Shown here piece after piece: positions 59,477-64,000 of a stretch of 64,000 nt of DNA. This DNA is from Desmophyllum pertusum. Its lineage: Eukaryota. The notes under the pieces are model-generated. The model made no database searches and had not been told where the DNA came from. It was given only the letters and a program-made list of their open reading frames with translations. The stretch covers positions 7,136,407 to 7,200,406 of the forward strand of contig MU825873.1 of the NCBI GenBank assembly GCA_029204205.1, in the 5' to 3' direction. How positions within the stretch are numbered: the stretch's first letter is position 1; every line of letters begins with the position of its first letter. The translations under genes were made by a program, and so were the position numbers.

Positions 59477-60789
59477 TCAGGCCATCATGCTCATAATTGC
59501 CGGTTATGTGGAAGTTCTCCGACCTGTTGGTTGCAACCAACCGATCGAGTGAGGCCAGGAAAAACTGTGTACTGTCGATAAAGCGTAGCTGCCCCAGGGA
59601 GACTGTTATGTGATACCCTCGTTAAACAAAGTCGATTTATTATTTTATTTTTTTACTTTTTGAGGGCAGTTGGCAGTGGGATGTAGGAGCCGCCCCGAAA
59701 TGGTTGATAGCAAGCAATGTCCAACCAGAGAGTTTCTACTCTATCCACGGCCCATCCAGACCCTCTCTGTGTCCACTTTTCAAGTGTCTCCTGGATGCTA
59801 AAGAAAGCCTTGTCAAGTGCTCCATTTATCTCTTGTCAGTCTGTAAAACAGCTTCCTGCTTGTGGCGAAGCACTGGGGCAGTAAGCTCCTCGCCGCCATC
59901 AGGGTTATTCTTCCGGAGCTGCACCTTGAGAGCTAGCTGGAACTTCACTCCATTTAGGGCTACAATCTCCTTCACTGTTGGTGTATCTCTGATATCTTTG
60001 GCCGCACACCTTCCAAGTCTGCACTGGGGTTATTTCCCTCTGGAAGATCCATCTGCCACCCTCTGAGGAAGCTGTCGATGGCCCGTGGAGTTTGTTGGAA
60101 TGTGAGGTCAATTCCAGGCTTGGCTGGCTCTGCATGCTCGTTAATAAACTGGTTCCACTCCTCATCGATAAAGAGCACTGATGTAGGAACAGGCCGCTTT
60201 CGCCGAGGTGCAGGGACAAGAAAATTTTTATACTAGTGTACTGAAGCTAGAAAAGGAGTGCTATCACGAGTTACCAATAGGAGCTTTTGATCTCAACTTG
60301 AAAAAGTCGGGCAGACTCTGCCACTGTATCGATTAGCTCTCCCTTGATATCTTCCTCTTGATGTTCTAGGCGCATTTCGTGTATGAGCGAAGATACTTAG
60401 TCATACTTTTAGCGCCGTTTTGACCGAAAAAGCAGCAAAATCCCTGTGATAGTAATGCCCCTTTTAGTACAGTCGGTCAATATATTGTGAACAAAAACAA
60501 ATTTCAAGTACTGAAAACATTAAACGCAACTGGAAGATAGTGCCGAAAACGGAAGAAAGAAAACTAATATGTGAGGACATTTATAGTAAGGAAATAAGGA
60601 AAAGCAGAGGCGGGGCTTATATTCGGGGGGGGGGGGAGGGGCTTCTAACCGGGAGGAGGGCCTATAAGCGGCAGTTTACGGGCCTGGGGTCCTTTTTTTT
60701 TTAAATGTCCACGGAAACAGGAACAAATACTCAAGAATTTCTCCATGCTTTTGAAGGGCAGTATTAATTTGAAGTCAGTGTAATTTCGC

Positions 60790-60850
60790 GCCAAAAAAAG
60801 GACCCCAGGCGGATTCGAACCCTCGCCCTCGGTCCCGAAGATCAGATTTT
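60790..60850 (-). repeat. tRNA-like (T-arm GGGTTCGAATCC) segment ending in an oligo-T tract; second copy 63370-63420
   Basis: The reverse complement reads ...AATCTGATCTTCGGGACCGAGGGCGAGGGTTCGAATCCGCCTGGGGTCC followed by T8. The second copy reads ...CTTCGGGACTGGGGACGAGGGTTTGAATCCGCCTGAGGTTC followed by T9. The T-stem pairs at only 3 of 5 positions and there is no acceptor stem, so these are not tRNA genes. Confidence 0.5.
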
Positions 60851-63539
60851 GTCATGCCATCCACCAACTCAGAAATAAATAAATAAATAAATATGACCGT
60901 AAACGCCAGACGAGATTTGATTCCGCGCCTGACCTCTTGGGGGACTAAATTATAAACCTCGCTTCGCGAGGAATAAGGACGATTACGTCAAAGGGTCACA
61001 TAAGGTTTAGTCTAACCGTGACTTGAAGAGATTTCGCAACGTCTGTGATAAACCAGGGGCGCCATTATATCAAATTCAAATCAAGCTATTACTTTTGATT
61101 TGACCAGGAGATAATCATTGGCCTATTTAAAATACGATGAATACTCTGCTGTTTATTTAGTGTGAAATACATTACTTTTTCGTGTTGTTGCTGCATTTCA
61201 CTTCCTTATACGCAGAAGATTTATAAATAACTAGTAATACGTGACTCGCAGGTCCTCGCGAAGCTGGAATGGGGATTAATTATTTTTGGGAGGTGAGGGT
61301 GATAACCAAGCCTTAGAGATCGACTGGAGTTCATTAGTCTACTGACATCTGTGTGTACGCCTTTCCTGTTCACAATCTTGTTTTGGAAAGTTGTAACGTT
61401 TTCCATCATTATTTTATCTCTTATGTACTGGGAAAAACTGGCTTTCAGCAATTTTCAAATCGTAGAGCTGACTCAAAAATAGTAAGACTTCAGTGGCAAT
61501 TTACTCAATTATTCCTGGAATTTCTGGTAACATAGGAGGATTTCTTGTAACGCAACACTCAAACACATTGACAACAAAGTGAAATTTTCTAGTAAATGTT
61601 AGAATTTATTTAGCTGAAAAACGTTTCACATATTAAAAATAACTTTCTAACATACATAAATCTCTTAAATTATGACATTCTGCCGAATGGCCTCGCTGAA
61701 AACAATATTCGTAAAAATTCATAAACAGTGAAATCTGACATGTACAGAACCGTATTGCTAAATTCAATTACAACAATTGGAAAATTAAATACACACCATT
61801 TTCATTCACAAACGAGCTCAAAATACATAGAAATCAGAACGACGACGGATGACATAGAAACGTTAATATTTAGTTCTTATCATTTATGTGAATATCTGCC
61901 TATAAAAACAAAATAAATTCCAGAACAGACCTTGTATTCCAAGAACGTCTTCAGCAGAAGTATATGTTCTTTGAAGCCATCGAAGCAAGAAAAGCGAATT
62001 CAAAGTCGCTCAATCGTCTTGGCGTAATGACGCGAACTGGAACTATTGCTTGTGGTTTTCCGTTCGCATATCTCCCCCGGCCTTCAACCTGTAATTGTGG
62101 GTCCTGTCCTGCTGAATTTCCAGTGGAACTTGAAGGAATTGCGGTCAGATTGAACATTTTCTCGGGATTTTCTCGAGCACAGTTTTTCTCTCTTCGACCC
62201 TCCACAAGAAAACACAAAGAGTGCGCCCGCGTTCGCAACCGGTTGTAACCGCGGATTTGTTGTTGTTGCCTAGTAACGGTCCGGTAACATCGGAAATAAA
62301 TAAAGAAATATGACCGTAAACGCCATGCGAGTTTGCTTCAGCCTGAGCTCTTGGGGGACAACATTATAAACCTCGCTTCGCGAGGAACAACCACTACGTC
62401 ACAAGATCACATTTTGAGTCACGCAATTTGTCGAACTGTGACTTGAATAGATTTCGCAACATTTTCGAGTGATAGTGCAACAATAAGTTTCGCAACGACT
62501 GCGAGTGATGGTGCAACAATAGGTTTCATAACGTCAGCGAGTGATGGTGCAACACTGCATTCGTACATAATTGATTATTTCTCGTGTTTTTTCCACTTAT
62601 TCAACTCTGGCTTTATATTGAGGAATGATCTATAATCCATCTTCAAAGACTGCTCAGAGACAAGAAAATTGACTGTAGGTGTTTATTTTTGGGTGCAATC
62701 TGTATAAATCTCATACCGAAGATATGCCAACTTCTAGACTGCGAGCAGTCCCTCTTTCTTTAGATCGTTGGAGCGAACGCGAGCGAAGCGTTATTCGATA
62801 TTCCGCTCGTTGTCAAATCACGCAAAATGCAGACTTTGGCGTGACTTCTTTCTTAAGCCGTCACCGTGCTTTCAAGAAAGAAAGCAGATAAACTTTAATT
62901 GCCCGGTTTTAATTTCCACGAAATTTCTTGTATTAATCGTGCTTTGAGAAAGACTTGAGTAGCCCGTTCCTGTTTCTGTGTAGATTTTGACGGCAGTGAG
63001 GCCGGGTGATATTAAAAACCAGGCTTTAGAAATCGACTGGAGTTCGTTAGTCTCCTGTCATCTGTGGGTACGCCGGGAAATTCCTGTTCACGATCTTGTT
63101 TTGGAGGGAAGGAGAATCGACAACCGCCGTGTTTTGTTATCTGATATGAAGGGATTTCTTTAAGCCTGTTTTGTTTTTGCCCAAATGCCCCGCACTACTG
63201 TCCACCAAAGTCACTTCCCCATATAAATTCGATCGATAAACACATTCTAAGCTTGGAGCAATTCATGAGTAGACATACATTTACGTGGAAGTTAGTGTTA
63301 TTAACCAAAAAAAAAAAGGGGGTTAAACGGCTCTGGAGGATTCGAACAAAAAAAACAAAAAAAACAAAAAAAAAGAACCTCAGGCGGATTCAAACCCTCG
63401 TCCCCAGTCCCGAAGATTAGATTCTACAGATCGTCAGCGCATGCGTAAATTTGAAGATAAACCCTTATTCTAGAAAGAAAGGTGTCACAAGGAGAGGAAA
63501 GTGTTGTCCGAAAGAAGTATATATTGTGCTAAATACCCC

Positions 63540-63710
63540 GGCCTGAACAACCGATGGAAATCGATCATCGGAAATCCAATCGATAACAATTAGTTAATTG
63601 ATATCGATTGGTATTGGCCAATCGATGACCAATCGATAATCACATGAAAATGTTCGGGCCTCATCGATTGTTATCGATTGCTATTGGTTTTAATCGATTA
63701 GCATATTGTA
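63540..63710. promoter_or_regulatory. dense cluster of ATCGAT / CCAATCGAT(A) motifs (8 ATCGAT within ~170 bp), partly palindromic
   Basis: ccgatggaaATCGATcatcgg; tCCAATCGATAacaattagttaattgaTATCGATTGG; tattggCCAATCGATgaCCAATCGATAatc; ctcATCGATtgttATCGATtgctattggttttaATCGATtagc. TATCGATA resembles the insect DRE, and CCAAT/ATTGG resembles NF-Y boxes. Confidence 0.3.
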
Positions 63711-64000
63711 TTCAGTCCCGTGAATATATTATTTTCTTGCAATTTTGTCACGTCGGCTCTCCGCTGGGGATTTGGTGCGCTCGGGAAGGAGGCTGAAAAG
63801 AAACAAATGCAATATACTTCAGAGGGCTGAAGGACAAATATAAATTGCTGTTTATTTGTAAGCTTCTTTACAAGGTTTCAAATAAAATATATATATTTGT
63901 CTGAGCAGTCACAAATCATCACTGCGATAAAATACGCAGAAAGCAGCAGGAGCGGTGGCCCAGCAGGGTTAGATCACGCTGTTGCGATTTGCATTCGGAT

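Noticed and set aside
60790-60850. tRNA gene candidates (also at 63370-63420 and 47165-47240) suggested by GGTTCGAATCC T-loop motifs
   Set aside because: No acceptor stem complementarity. The T-stem pairs at only 3 of 5 positions. The D and anticodon arms are not foldable. They are called tRNA-derived repeats instead.
61951-62248. Overlapping ~95-aa ORFs on both strands
   Set aside because: Neither translation resembles a known family. The region is flanked by copies of the dispersed repeat and by SINE-like modules. There is not enough support to call a gene.

Overview
Eukaryotic (metazoan, invertebrate-like) nuclear DNA: about 60% AT, GT-AG spliced introns and very dense in transposable elements. 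One plus-strand gene dominates the window and encodes major vault protein (MVP). It has 16 coding exons, from the ATG at 13806 to the TAA at 55301-55303, a span of about 41.5 kb. The conceptual product is about 865 aa and aligns along its full length with vertebrate MVP. All 15 introns are GT-AG, and intron 9 (30157-41863) is 11.7 kb. Exon 5 carries an apparent 1-nt deletion in an A4 run that breaks the reading frame. Every other exon is intact and in phase, so a homopolymer sequencing/assembly error is the most likely cause, though a real lesion is not excluded. Everything else is a mosaic of repeats: the 13.8 kb upstream, all the introns, and the 8.7 kb downstream. There are several MITE/foldback DNA-transposon families with readable TIRs and TSDs. 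There are two decayed LINE fragments and a gag-like zinc-knuckle retroelement fragment. A frame-shifted protein-primed family-B DNA polymerase (Polinton/Maverick remnant) lies on the minus strand at about 58.6-59.5 kb. There is also a tyrosine-recombinase (Crypton/DIRS-type) core-binding-domain-like fragment and tRNA-derived SINE-like sequences with oligo-T tails. Micro- and minisatellites are scattered throughout, and an unusual CCAATCGAT/ATCGAT motif cluster sits at the 3' edge. I found no rRNA, no credible tRNA gene and no CRISPR array. The supplied six-frame ORF track uses prokaryote-style alternative start codons. Outside the MVP exons it mostly reports spurious ORFs inside repeats. Repeat boundaries are read by eye and may be off by a few nt; MVP exon boundaries are anchored to reading frames and consensus splice sites.
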